Positions 48,718-58,203 of a stretch of DNA of 64,000 nt are shown one piece after another. Position 1 is the stretch's first letter. Every line of letters begins with the position of its first letter. The notes below the pieces were generated by a model. The model was not told where the DNA came from. It did no database searches and saw only the letters and a program-made list of their open reading frames with translations. Position numbers and translations under genes: made by a program. Source of the DNA: an uncultured Verrucomicrobiae bacterium (GTDB lineage Bacteria; Verrucomicrobiota; Verrucomicrobiia; Chthoniobacterales; Chthoniobacteraceae); contig CAVYKI010000003.1 in NCBI GenBank assembly GCA_963769025.1, positions 1,056,001-1,120,000 on the forward strand. The letters are read 5' to 3'.

Positions 48718-49481
48718 AACCATTCTTCGCCGCGATTGCATTTTTCGCCGCACTCCTCGGCGCGTGGGAGTACGCCGCCCACCACACCGGCGTTTCGCCA
48801 GTGCTGATGCCCGCGCCTTCCGACGTCTGGCATTATCTGCTCGGCGCCGGAAAGGATGGCACGCTCGCCGAGGCCACCATCATCACCATGAAGCGCCTGC
48901 TGCTCGGTTACGTCGCCGGCATCGGCATCGGCATCCCGGTCGGGATGCTCTCCGCGCGCTTCAAATTCCTGCACAACACCGTCGGCGTGATCGCGCTCGG
49001 CCTGCAGACGCTGCCGAGCGTCTGCTGGGTGCCGCTCGCGCTCATGTGGTTCGGGCAGACGGAGAGCGCGATGCTTTTCATCGTCATCATGGGCACGGTC
49101 TGGGCCGTCATCCTAGCGACGGAAAATGGCATCCGGCAGATCCCGCCGCTCTATCGCGAAGCCGCGGCCACGATGGGCTCGACCGGCTTTCATCTCTGGC
49201 TGCGCGTCATCGCACCGGCGTCGCTGCCGTACATCGTCAGCGGCACGAAGCAGGGCTGGGCCTTCGCGTGGCGCTCGCTCATGGCGGCGGAAATCTACGT
49301 CACCATCCTCAGTGGCTTCGGCATCGGCTTCATGCTGCACCAGGGCCGCGAACTCCACGCGATGGATCAGGTCGTCGGGCTCATGCTCGTCATCATCGTC
49401 ATCGGCTTCCTCGCCGACAAAATCATCTTCAGCCCGTGGGAGCGCTTCCTCCACCGCCGCTGGGGTCTCTCCAACGCATGA
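48714..49481 (+). CDS. ABC transporter permease (TauC/SsuC-like)
   Basis: LQTLPSVCWVP, EAAATMG, AWRSLMAAE; 4-nt overlap with the ATPase gene. Confidence 0.92.
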   Translation: MKPFFAAIAFFAALLGAWEYAAHHTGVSPVLMPAPSDVWHYLLGAGKDGTLAEATIITMKRLLLGYVAGIGIGIPVGMLSARFKFLHNTVGVIALGLQTLPSVCWVPLALMWFGQTESAMLFIVIMGTVWAVILATENGIRQIPPLYREAAATMGSTGFHLWLRVIAPASLPYIVSGTKQGWAFAWRSLMAAEIYVTILSGFGIGFMLHQGRELHAMDQVVGLMLVIIVIGFLADKIIFSPWERFLHRRWGLSNA

Positions 49482-50320
49482 CCGCCCTCGAGCTTCTCGA
49501 CTACGCCCTCCCTGCCAGCGCGCCGGACTTTCCACGGGAAATGCCGCGCCAGTCGCTGCGCCAGCTCCTGCTCCCGCTCTTCCGCCTCGCCGCGGAATCC
49601 TCCCACGCGTGGAAGGCGGAGTCCGTCGGGCACTGGGACGTGGACGGCGTGCGCCACTGGATGCCGCGCCTCGTTTTCAAGCGCCCCGGCGAGACGCCGG
49701 AGACGAAAGTCGGCATCTTCGCCGGCGTCCACGGCGACGAACCCGCCGGCGTCCTTGCGCTCTGCGATTTTGTGCGCGCGCTCGACGAATCCTCGGAGCG
49801 CGGGCACGGCTACGAGCTGCACGTCTATCCGCTTGTGAATCCGACCGGCTTCGAGGACCGCACGCGCCACTCGCGCAGCGGCAAGGATCTGAACCGCGAA
49901 TTCTGGCTCGGCTCGCCGGAGCCCGAGGTGGCGCTCATCGAAAAGGAAATCCTGCGCGAGCGCTACGACGGCTATATCTCGCTGCATTCCGACGACACAA
50001 GCGAGGGCTTCTACGCGTTCGCGCGCGGCTCCACGCTCACCGAGCACCTGTTGCGACCCGCGCTCGCCGCCGCCGAGGCCGCGCTGCCGCTCGACCGCCG
50101 CAGCGAGATCGACGGCTTCCACGCCGAGCAGGGAATCATCCACACCGCCTACGACGGCATCCTCAGCGCGCCTCCCGGAACACGTCCGACACCGTTTGAA
50201 ATCATCCTCGAGACGCCGACGGACGCGCCGATGCATCTCCAGCGCGCAGCATTCGTCCGCGCGCTCGTGGAAATCCTCGCTCACTACCGGCGCTTCATCG
50301 CCTACGGAGCCGACCTCTAG
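49478..50320 (+). CDS. M14-family zinc hydrolase (AstE/aspartoacylase-like)
   Basis: AGVHGDEPAG, VNPTG, DLNREF, SLH, LETP. Confidence 0.85.
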   Translation: MTALELLDYALPASAPDFPREMPRQSLRQLLLPLFRLAAESSHAWKAESVGHWDVDGVRHWMPRLVFKRPGETPETKVGIFAGVHGDEPAGVLALCDFVRALDESSERGHGYELHVYPLVNPTGFEDRTRHSRSGKDLNREFWLGSPEPEVALIEKEILRERYDGYISLHSDDTSEGFYAFARGSTLTEHLLRPALAAAEAALPLDRRSEIDGFHAEQGIIHTAYDGILSAPPGTRPTPFEIILETPTDAPMHLQRAAFVRALVEILAHYRRFIAYGADL

Positions 50321-50427
50321 GGCGCATCACTTTTCCGCCGGCACACGGCGGGGATCATTTTTTGAATCACGCCAATGACCGACCTGGACCCCGTAGGTGC
50401 GCTGAGGCGAACACGCGCCCGGACACC

Positions 50428-51867
50428 ATGATCGCGAAACACTTCCTGGCCGGCGGCATCGCGCTGCTCCTGCTGCCCGCGTTTGCAGGCAGCACGGAGG
50501 ACAGGACCAAAGCAAAACCCGATTCGGGAGATTCGGCGTCCACGTTCGCAAACGGCCTGCTCACCCTGGACATCGAAGAGCGGCTCCGCTTCGAGGCGCG
50601 CGACAATAACCGCGACTTCGACAAGTCCGTGAACGATCCGCGCGACGACGGCTGGGTGCTCAGCCGCTTCCGCCTCGGCCTCGCGATCAAACCCTCCTCG
50701 TGGCTGACGGTCTACGCTCAACTGCAGGACGCCCGGGAATGGTTCTCCTCGCGTGGAAACGTCCCCGGCATCAACGGCGTCGAGGGCGGCGACCACTTCG
50801 ATCTCCGCCGGGCGTCCCTCGAACTCGGCAATCTCAAACAGTTCCCGCTTAGCTTCACCATGGGTCGCATGGCCTTGGACTACGGCGACAGGCGTCTCAT
50901 CGGCGACAGCCGCTTCAGCAACCTCGGCCTCAGCTTCGATGGGGTGAAATTGCGCCTTCAGACGGACCGGTTCTGGGTGGACGCCTTCGCCGCGCGTCCC
51001 GTCCAGATGCGCGGGAATGAATTCAACGACAGCGACAGCGCTGACAACTTTTTGGGCATCTACGGCGGCACCGATGCGCTCGGCGTTCAGACCGCCGAGC
51101 TGTACCTTCTCTACCGCGAAAAGTCCGACGCGCAGCCCGATCTCGACCCGGCCAACAGGACGAATGCAAACGGCGCCTCCCGCGGCGCCGCCCAGCGCAT
51201 CGCCACCCTCGGCACGCGTTGGAACTCTAAAGACGGAGCGCTCCACGGCTTCGACTACGGTGCCGAATTTGCGTGGCAATTTGGCGACGTCTGGACCGGC
51301 GAAAAGACCACGCCAAGGCTGCGCCACCACGCCTTCGCACTCGCCATGCGCGGCGGCTACACGTGGGAGGATGCGCCGTGGAAGCCGCGCCTTGGCTTGG
51401 AGTACGACTTCGCGAGCGGCGACAGAAACCCGAAGGACGGCAGCAGCCAGTCCTTCCAGAATCTCTTCCCGTCGAACCACCAACACTACGGCTTCCTGGA
51501 TGTGTTCGCGTGGCGAAACATGCACGATGCCCGCCTTTCCTTCGGCGTAAAGCCGCGCAAGGATCTGGAATTCACGCTCGACTACCACGCGCTCTGGCTC
51601 GCCGAGACCACCGACTATTGGTACACATCCAATGCCAGCAGCACCATCCGCACGGTCACTCCCGGCGGGGCAGGCAGGGACGTGCGCACCATCGGAGCGA
51701 GCAACTTTGCCGGGCACGAGATTGACTTCACCGCCACTTGGAAAGTGAACAGGCACGTCAGCTTTCTCGTCGGCTACAGCCACTTTTTTGCCGGCGACTA
51801 TCTCCGCGACACCGGTGCGCACAGCGACGCCGACTTCGGCTACGTGCAGGCCACGCTGCGATTCTAG
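50428..51867 (+). CDS. Alginate-export (AlgE)-family outer-membrane beta-barrel
   Basis: Signal peptide, RLRFE.R.N, QLQDAR, YGDRRLIG, YDFASGD, FQNLFPSNH, terminal Phe. Confidence 0.82.
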   Translation: MIAKHFLAGGIALLLLPAFAGSTEDRTKAKPDSGDSASTFANGLLTLDIEERLRFEARDNNRDFDKSVNDPRDDGWVLSRFRLGLAIKPSSWLTVYAQLQDAREWFSSRGNVPGINGVEGGDHFDLRRASLELGNLKQFPLSFTMGRMALDYGDRRLIGDSRFSNLGLSFDGVKLRLQTDRFWVDAFAARPVQMRGNEFNDSDSADNFLGIYGGTDALGVQTAELYLLYREKSDAQPDLDPANRTNANGASRGAAQRIATLGTRWNSKDGALHGFDYGAEFAWQFGDVWTGEKTTPRLRHHAFALAMRGGYTWEDAPWKPRLGLEYDFASGDRNPKDGSSQSFQNLFPSNHQHYGFLDVFAWRNMHDARLSFGVKPRKDLEFTLDYHALWLAETTDYWYTSNASSTIRTVTPGGAGRDVRTIGASNFAGHEIDFTATWKVNRHVSFLVGYSHFFAGDYLRDTGAHSDADFGYVQATLRF

Positions 51868-51957
51868 ACGCGAAGGTTCAGCGCTTCACTCTGCGCAGGG
51901 AGCTCGGCGGCCGGCTTTGATCGTGCGGGACCATGACGGTTGAAAAGGGTGCGCGAG

Positions 51958-52836
51958 TCACTTGCTGCCCGCTTCCCGCCGCTCATGGAGCTTGGTGAAA
52001 ATCGCACGGATCTGCTCCACCGTGCCGAGGGCGAGGACGACCTCGTATTCGAATGTAAGGCCGGGCTTCAGCGCGAAGGTTTGCAGTGGCGCGATGTAGG
52101 AGCAGTTGCCGACCCCTGTGTCGCGCACGCGGTAGGTGGTGGCGAATTCGGCGTGAGGAAACCAGACGCCGAGCCCCTGGCCGTCGGCATCCACCCACGC
52201 GGCCCACGGCTCGCTGAAATGCACGATGGCGTCCTTTGCGCCCGGCGGGCCGGGTTGCCTGCGCACGGGCGGCGCGCCTGTCCACGCGGGAGTCCCTTTT
52301 TCGCAGAATACGAGCGTGTCGTAACGCGGCATGACGAAGACTGCGGGAAGCTCCTGATGCGTGGGCTTGTGTTCGATGGTGCCGGTGAAGGTCATCCGAT
52401 ACTTCAGCCGCGCGAGGCCGCCTTCGAGCGTGAGCCATTGCTCGAAGAGCATGTCATCCACATCCGAGCCGCTCGCCCACTGGCGCGGCTTCGTCTTCAC
52501 GTAGAGCGAGTCCTTGGTCGCCTTTTTCTCCAGTACGATGGACGGGACGCCCTTCCAGCTTCCGCCCTGCACCGGGTTGTAGCGCCACGGCTGGCCGTTC
52601 CACTCGGAACCGTCCCGGTCGCCGTAATAGGACTGCTGCACGTAGCGGCCGTGGTCGAATGCATTGAGCAGATTCGCAGACGTGTGCGAGTGCGAGAACC
52701 AGCCGATGCTCCCGCCCGCGTCCATGTTTACGCCTAGGCGGATGTGGCCATTGTCGAGGTATACCCAATGCTCCTGCGCGCGGAGCGCGGACGCTGTCGC
52801 GAGGAGGCAGATGAGGAAAATGAGTCGGCGCATCAT
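51958..52836 (-). CDS. Hypothetical exported protein (beta-rich)
   Basis: Signal peptide MMRRLIFLICLLATASALRA; NLLNAFDHGRYVQQSYYG...WRYNPVQGG...QELPA. Confidence 0.75.
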   Translation of the reverse strand: MMRRLIFLICLLATASALRAQEHWVYLDNGHIRLGVNMDAGGSIGWFSHSHTSANLLNAFDHGRYVQQSYYGDRDGSEWNGQPWRYNPVQGGSWKGVPSIVLEKKATKDSLYVKTKPRQWASGSDVDDMLFEQWLTLEGGLARLKYRMTFTGTIEHKPTHQELPAVFVMPRYDTLVFCEKGTPAWTGAPPVRRQPGPPGAKDAIVHFSEPWAAWVDADGQGLGVWFPHAEFATTYRVRDTGVGNCSYIAPLQTFALKPGLTFEYEVVLALGTVEQIRAIFTKLHERREAGSK

Positions 52837-52844
52837 GGGATCCT

Positions 52845-54137
52845 CTACTTGCGGCCGGTCGCGACGATGGAGCGGGCTGCCCCGTTTGCGCCCACGATCA
52901 CCTCGACTTCCATCGCCGCCTTGAGCCGCGTGAAGGATGCGGACGCGCCGTTGAGCGTGACCTTCGTGTCGCCCGTCACCGCGAAGCTCCGGGTGCTTCC
53001 GGTTTCCCGGTCGCGCATGGAGAACGACCGCTTGCCGAGCGCGGACAACCTCCCGCGCACCGGTCGCGGGGCCTCGGGCTTTGGCGGTTCCGGTTCGGGT
53101 TCCGGCTCCGGCCTGGCTTCGAGCGCCAGCAGTTCCGCCTTTGCAAAGAGATGCTCGGCGAGATTCGTTTTTCGCGTGGCGATGCTCTGCCGGAAACACT
53201 CGGCCGCTTCCGCAGGCTGAGCTGCAAAAAGCCGCGCCATCCCCGCGAAGTACCACGCTTCGCACCGCTGATCCCGCACTTGCGATCCCTCCCCTGCCGC
53301 GGCCAGCAGCGCCGCCTCGTCGATCTCGCCGAGGAGAAATGCCCCCAGCGTGAGGAACCAGTCGCCCGGCTTGGACGCCGCGAGGCTTGCCAATCCGGCG
53401 CGCAGTGCGTCGCGGGCCTCGCCGGCTTTTCCGAGCCGCACCTGCAAGACGTATGCATAAAGCCGGCCGTAAGGCTGCGGTTGCGGCTGTCCGGCCGCTG
53501 CGTCGAAGTCCGCCCGCGCCGCCTCCCAGTCCTTTCGCAGGTAGTACGCGATGCCGCGGTTGAAATGGTACAGCGCATTTGCCGGTTCGATCTCCAGCGC
53601 GCTCGTGTAGTCCGCGATGGCCGCGTCGAAATTTCCCGTGTCGGTGAGGATGTTGGCGCGGTAGTAGCAGGCGAGCGCGTGCTTCGGATCGAAGTCGATG
53701 GCGCTGCTGAAGTCCTCGAGCGCGCCTTTCACGTTGCCCTTCGCTCTCCGGAGGATGCCGCGCTGCATGTACGCGCGGACGAATTCCGGGTTCAGCGCGA
53801 GCGCCGCCTCATAGTCGCCGAACGCCCCGTCGAAATCGCCAAATGCACTTCGCGCGATTGCCCGATCGGCGAAGGCCTCCGTGTCCGTCGGGTTCCTGCG
53901 GAGGTGCGCGCTCAAGGACACGATTGCCGGGCCGAAAAGCCCGGCCTTCAGGTATGCCATCCCCTGCCCGAGGTCGTCCGGCTCCTGCTTCTTTTTTTTG
54001 CACCCGGTTTGTGTGACCGCCAGCAGGAGGCACAAAAGAATCGCGAGCCTTGAAAGCGCCGTCCTCCATCCCGCACGATCTCCGGCCGCTGCGGAACCCT
54101 CCATCGCGACCGGTCGGGATTGGCGGGCGTGTCGCAT
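52845..54137 (-). CDS. TPR lipoprotein with NlpI-like C-terminal region and a small extra domain (start may be 54104)
   Basis: Hydrophobic stretch ending QTGC, about six TPRs, RCEAWYFAG...EHLFA NlpI-like helix pair, PEPEPEP linker. Confidence 0.75.
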   Translation of the reverse strand: MRHARQSRPVAMEGSAAAGDRAGWRTALSRLAILLCLLLAVTQTGCKKKKQEPDDLGQGMAYLKAGLFGPAIVSLSAHLRRNPTDTEAFADRAIARSAFGDFDGAFGDYEAALALNPEFVRAYMQRGILRRAKGNVKGALEDFSSAIDFDPKHALACYYRANILTDTGNFDAAIADYTSALEIEPANALYHFNRGIAYYLRKDWEAARADFDAAAGQPQPQPYGRLYAYVLQVRLGKAGEARDALRAGLASLAASKPGDWFLTLGAFLLGEIDEAALLAAAGEGSQVRDQRCEAWYFAGMARLFAAQPAEAAECFRQSIATRKTNLAEHLFAKAELLALEARPEPEPEPEPPKPEAPRPVRGRLSALGKRSFSMRDRETGSTRSFAVTGDTKVTLNGASASFTRLKAAMEVEVIVGANGAARSIVATGRK

Positions 54138-54143
54138 CGGTTG

Positions 54144-54614
54144 CTACGCGGGCTTCTTGCGGTTCGCAGCCTCCGAGCAGGCCTCGGCGACGGCATCGAG
54201 ATCCGCGAGGAAGCGGGCGCGGCGGGCTTCCGGGAGGACGGTGAGCGCCTCCTCCTGCAGCTTGCGGGCGACTTCAAATGCGTCGGTGAAGACCCGGTGG
54301 CCCTTTTGTTCCAGCCGCACGCGGCGGGCGCGGCGGTCGGTCTCATGCGGGTGGCGGGAGAGGAGCGCGGCCTTTTCCATGCGGCTGAGGATCGACGTGA
54401 TCGTATTCGGATCGCTCGCCATGAGGTCGGTGATGGTCTGCTGCGTGAGCCCGCGCACGTCGCCCTCGTGCAGCCAGCGCAGGATGCTGTACTGGTCGGG
54501 CGTGATGCCGAGGTGCGCGATGCGGTGGCGGAAAGTCTGGTTCAGCGAATACCACGCGCGGCGCAGCAACGGCGGGAGCCGGCGGGCGGATTCCTTGCTC
54601 GTGCCCTTGTCCAT
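54144..54614 (-). CDS. MarR family transcriptional regulator
   Basis: GITPDQYSILRWL, ILSRMEK..LL.R.PHETDRRA. Confidence 0.9.
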   Translation of the reverse strand: MDKGTSKESARRLPPLLRRAWYSLNQTFRHRIAHLGITPDQYSILRWLHEGDVRGLTQQTITDLMASDPNTITSILSRMEKAALLSRHPHETDRRARRVRLEQKGHRVFTDAFEVARKLQEEALTVLPEARRARFLADLDAVAEACSEAANRKKPA

Positions 54615-54625
54615 GATGATGCGGG

Positions 54626-55672
54626 TCAGGCCGGGACGGCCCTGCGAAGTTTTGCGGCGATGTCGCCAAAGCTTTTCGCGACGGCACTCCCAGGCTCGGC
54701 GATGACAATGGGCGCGCCTTTGTCGCCGGCTTCGCGGGTCGCGATGTCGATGGGCACCTGTCCGAGGAGCGGCACTTTCAGCCGGTCCGCCTCGCGCTGG
54801 CCGCCGCCGCTGCCGAAGATGTCGTAACGCTTGCCGTCGCTGGGGCAGAGAAAATGGCTCATATTCTCGACGATGCCGAGCACGGGGACGTTCACCTTTT
54901 CGAACATCGACGCCGCCTTGCGCGCGTCGATGAGCGCGACCTCCTGAGGCGTGGTGACGATGACCGCGCCGGCGAGCGCGACGGTCTGCACGATGGTGAG
55001 CTGGATGTCGCCGGTGCCGGGCGGCAGGTCGAGGATGAGGTAGTCGAGCCCGTCCCAGTTCACCTGCCGGAGAAATTGCTGCGTGTATTTCGTGACCATC
55101 GGCCCGCGGAGGATTGCGGGCGCGGCGTCATCGAGCAGAAACCCCATGCTCATGAGTTTCAGCCCGTGGCGCTCGATGGGGATGATGCGGTTGTCGTCGT
55201 CGGCCAGAGGTCGCTCGTTCGCGCCAAACATGATGCCGATGCTCGGGCCGTACAGGTCGCAGTCGCAGAGTCCGACGACCGCGCCGGCGGCGCTCAGCGC
55301 GCAGGCGAGGTTGGCGGCGACGGTGCTCTTGCCCACGCCGCCCTTGCCGCTCGCGATGGCGATGACGTGCTTCACGCCTGGAATGGACGTCTGCGGCAGC
55401 GCGCCGCCCGCCGCAGCGACCTGCTGCGGAGCGTGGATGTCCACGCGCACCGTGACATTCGTGACGTCCGGCAGCGTGCGGATCGCAGCCTCGGCCTCGG
55501 CCTTGATCTGCGCGGGAATCTTCGCGTCGCCCGCGGTGATGGCGAGCTGGACGGTGACATTGCTGCCCGTGATGACGATGTCCTTCACGAGGCCGAAGCT
55601 GATGATGTCGCGACTGAAGCCGGGATATTTGACCGTGGAGAGTTGCTGGCGGATGGCGTCGGTGGTGGGCAT
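54626..55672 (-). CDS. mrp: Mrp/NBP35 (ApbC) Fe-S carrier ATPase
   Basis: SGKGGVGKST, DLYGPS, DLPPGTGD, VTTPQ, GIVENMS. Confidence 0.93.
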   Translation of the reverse strand: MPTTDAIRQQLSTVKYPGFSRDIISFGLVKDIVITGSNVTVQLAITAGDAKIPAQIKAEAEAAIRTLPDVTNVTVRVDIHAPQQVAAAGGALPQTSIPGVKHVIAIASGKGGVGKSTVAANLACALSAAGAVVGLCDCDLYGPSIGIMFGANERPLADDDNRIIPIERHGLKLMSMGFLLDDAAPAILRGPMVTKYTQQFLRQVNWDGLDYLILDLPPGTGDIQLTIVQTVALAGAVIVTTPQEVALIDARKAASMFEKVNVPVLGIVENMSHFLCPSDGKRYDIFGSGGGQREADRLKVPLLGQVPIDIATREAGDKGAPIVIAEPGSAVAKSFGDIAAKLRRAVPA

Positions 55673-55747
55673 TGTTTGGAAAGTGGAGCGCTGTGCGCGG
55701 CCGGGTTGCCAGCGTTCAACGGAACACCGGCCTCTGACCACTGAAAA

Positions 55748-56563
55748 TTATTCCTCGGGTGCGACGATGAGGTCGTTCGTCGCCCGCGCGAGCGCGAGGA
55801 TGGCGCGCACTTCCTCGAGCGTCGGCGGCGCGCCCTCTGGCTTGATGGCGAGTTTGCGGACCCCGGCAAGGTTGTCGCTGAGCGCGGTCCAGAGCTTCGT
55901 CTTCTTTAGCGAGGGATTCAGCGTCGAGACGCGGTCGGCGAAATAGTCGAGCAACGCCGGCTGTGCGAGGAGCGCCGCGCCCTGCTGCGAGTAGCGCGAC
56001 GACAGAATCCCGGATGTGATTTCCAAGCCGCGCCACCAGCCGCCGAGCGCGACGAGGTGCGCGATTTCCTCATCGCGGAGGGCCATCATCCCGGCTTCGA
56101 CCTCGCGCTGCGTGCCGGCCAGCTCGGTGCGGACGCCGGTCCAGTCCTTGAGCAGCGCCTTTTCCAGCACGCTGCGGCTGTGGCGCGTGACGTGTTCGCC
56201 GACGCCGAGGCCCTTTGCCTGACGCAGGAGCACGCGCGCGATGGGCTCGATGCGCGACTGCTTTTCCGCGACGACGGCGAGGAATCCGTCGGCGATCACG
56301 GTGCCGGTGGAAAGCGCGAGCCGGGCGCGGTCGCCGGGATTCTGCTGGGGCAGCGCGCGCTCCACGGCCTCGAAAGGCACGGGCTGCAGCGTCTCGAGCG
56401 CCTTCAGCAGGACGGCGATGCTCGGCGTGGTGTATTCATTGATGCCGAGCTCCTCGCGGACGTGGTCGGAGATGATCGCGGGAGTCTGCGCAGGCGCCGA
56501 GGCGATGGCGAACGCCGCGAGTGAAAGCGCGACGACGGTGCTGCGATGGACGGAGTGGCGCAT
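55748..56563 (-). CDS. Hypothetical exported helical protein
   Basis: Signal peptide, REELGINEYTTPSI, IADGFLAV, LGGWWRGLE; co-oriented within the operon. Confidence 0.75.
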   Translation of the reverse strand: MRHSVHRSTVVALSLAAFAIASAPAQTPAIISDHVREELGINEYTTPSIAVLLKALETLQPVPFEAVERALPQQNPGDRARLALSTGTVIADGFLAVVAEKQSRIEPIARVLLRQAKGLGVGEHVTRHSRSVLEKALLKDWTGVRTELAGTQREVEAGMMALRDEEIAHLVALGGWWRGLEITSGILSSRYSQQGAALLAQPALLDYFADRVSTLNPSLKKTKLWTALSDNLAGVRKLAIKPEGAPPTLEEVRAILALARATNDLIVAPEE

Positions 56564-56571
56564 TTGCACGG

Positions 56572-57438
56572 TCAGACGGCGGCGCCGCTCCACTTGAGTT
56601 TCTGCCGGAGGACGTCGAAAAATGAAACGCCCGGCAGCATTGCGAGCGGGAGCTTCTGTGACGCGCGGGTGATGCGAATGGTGTCGCCGCGTTCGAGGCG
56701 GTGGGTGGAGCGGCCGTCGAGCGTCACGAGCACATCCGGGCTTTCGTCCGCCGGGGTGATGGTGATGGGCGTGCCGTCATTCACGATGACCGCGCGGTTG
56801 GTGAGCACGTGCGGCGAGATCGGATTGATCACGAAGACGCCGCTGTCCGGCTCAAGAATCGGTCCGCCGGCGGCGAGGCTGTAAGCCGTGCTTCCTGTCG
56901 GGGTGGCGACGATGAGGCCGTCGGCGTTGTACTCGGTGAGCACGGTGTCGCCGACGCGCACGGCGAGACGGACGAGGCGCGAGACTTCGCCGCGGCTCGC
57001 GACGGCGTCATTGAGCACGGTGCCCGTGTGGAGGACCGCACCCGCGCGGAGGATCTCGACTTTCAAAAGCGTGCGCTCGCTGAGCACGTAGTCGCCGGCG
57101 ATGATCGCATTCACAGCCCGCTGGTGCTCGGTGGCGCCGACCGTGGTGAGGAAGCCCAGCGTGCCGAGATTGATGCCGAAAAGCGGGCGCATTTTCGGGC
57201 CGAGCGCGTGGAGCGCATCGAGGATCGTGCCGTCGCCGCCGAGGACGATGAGCAGCTCGCAAAGGTCCGCGAGCTCGGGCTCCGAGAAGGATTTTTCCGC
57301 GCCGATCAGCCGCGCGGCGCGGTGGTCGAGGTGGAGCTGCACGGGATGCGGCGCGAACTCGCTCACGAGCGCGGCGAGGAGTTCGCGCGCGCCGGGTTTG
57401 CTGTCGTTGGCGATCAGGCCGAGGTGGCGCGCAGACAT
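56572..57438 (-). CDS. nadK: NAD kinase
   Basis: LGGDGTIL, GINLGTLGFL, LND, DGLIVATPTGSTAYSLAAGGP. Confidence 0.95.
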   Translation of the reverse strand: MSARHLGLIANDSKPGARELLAALVSEFAPHPVQLHLDHRAARLIGAEKSFSEPELADLCELLIVLGGDGTILDALHALGPKMRPLFGINLGTLGFLTTVGATEHQRAVNAIIAGDYVLSERTLLKVEILRAGAVLHTGTVLNDAVASRGEVSRLVRLAVRVGDTVLTEYNADGLIVATPTGSTAYSLAAGGPILEPDSGVFVINPISPHVLTNRAVIVNDGTPITITPADESPDVLVTLDGRSTHRLERGDTIRITRASQKLPLAMLPGVSFFDVLRQKLKWSGAAV

Positions 57439-58181
57439 GCGAGAAATTCCTTGTTGCCCTCGCCGCCGAGGATTGGGGATTCGATGTGGCCGCACCACTC
57501 GAGCCGCACGACGGTGCCGTCGGCGCACGGAGACGCTGGCATTTTCTCCACGAAATCCCGGATGCGTGCGACCGCCGCCTCGTGGAGCGCCGGGTCGCGC
57601 ACGATCCCGCCACGGCTTACCTCCTCGCGGCGGAGTTCGAACTGCGGCTTGATGAGCGGGACGATCACGCCGTCATGAGTAAGCACGCCGAGCGCTGGCG
57701 GCAAGATGAGGGTGAGCGAAATGAACGAGACATCCGCAACGGCGAGCGCGATGGGGTCGGGAATGTCGGCGTGCGTGAGATTGCGGGCATTGAGTTTTTC
57801 GCGGACGACGACACGCGGATCACTTCGGATGCGCCAGTCGAGCTGGCTGTGCCCGACATCGATGGCCCACACTTTCGCCGCACCGTGCTGGAGGAGGCAG
57901 TCGGTGAAGCCGCCCGTGCTCGCACCGATGTCGAGGCACGTGCGGCCGGTGGGAGCGATGCCGAAATGCGCAAGCGCGGCTTCGAGCTTGAAGCCGCCGC
58001 GGCCGACGTAGCGCTCGGGCACCGCGACCTCGATGGCAGCATCGTCGGTGAACTCCCGGCTCGCCTTGTCCACGACATGCCCGGCGACGCGGACCTGCCC
58101 GGCCATGATGGCGCGCCTGGCCTTTTCGCGGCTCTCGAAAAGGCCGCGTGCGACGAGAAGCTGGTCGAGGCGTGATTTCAG
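57414..58181 (-). CDS. tlyA: TlyA family rRNA methyltransferase (probable CTG start at 58181)
   Basis: LKSRLDQLLVARGLFESREKARRAIMAG (S4 domain), YVGRGGFKL, DIGASTGGFTD, DVSFISL, LIKPQFE, GNKEF. Confidence 0.93.
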   Translation of the reverse strand: MKSRLDQLLVARGLFESREKARRAIMAGQVRVAGHVVDKASREFTDDAAIEVAVPERYVGRGGFKLEAALAHFGIAPTGRTCLDIGASTGGFTDCLLQHGAAKVWAIDVGHSQLDWRIRSDPRVVVREKLNARNLTHADIPDPIALAVADVSFISLTLILPPALGVLTHDGVIVPLIKPQFELRREEVSRGGIVRDPALHEAAVARIRDFVEKMPASPCADGTVVRLEWCGHIESPILGGEGNKEFLACLRATSA

Positions 58182-58203
58182 ACGGAAGCGCGGGAGCCGC
58201 GGG

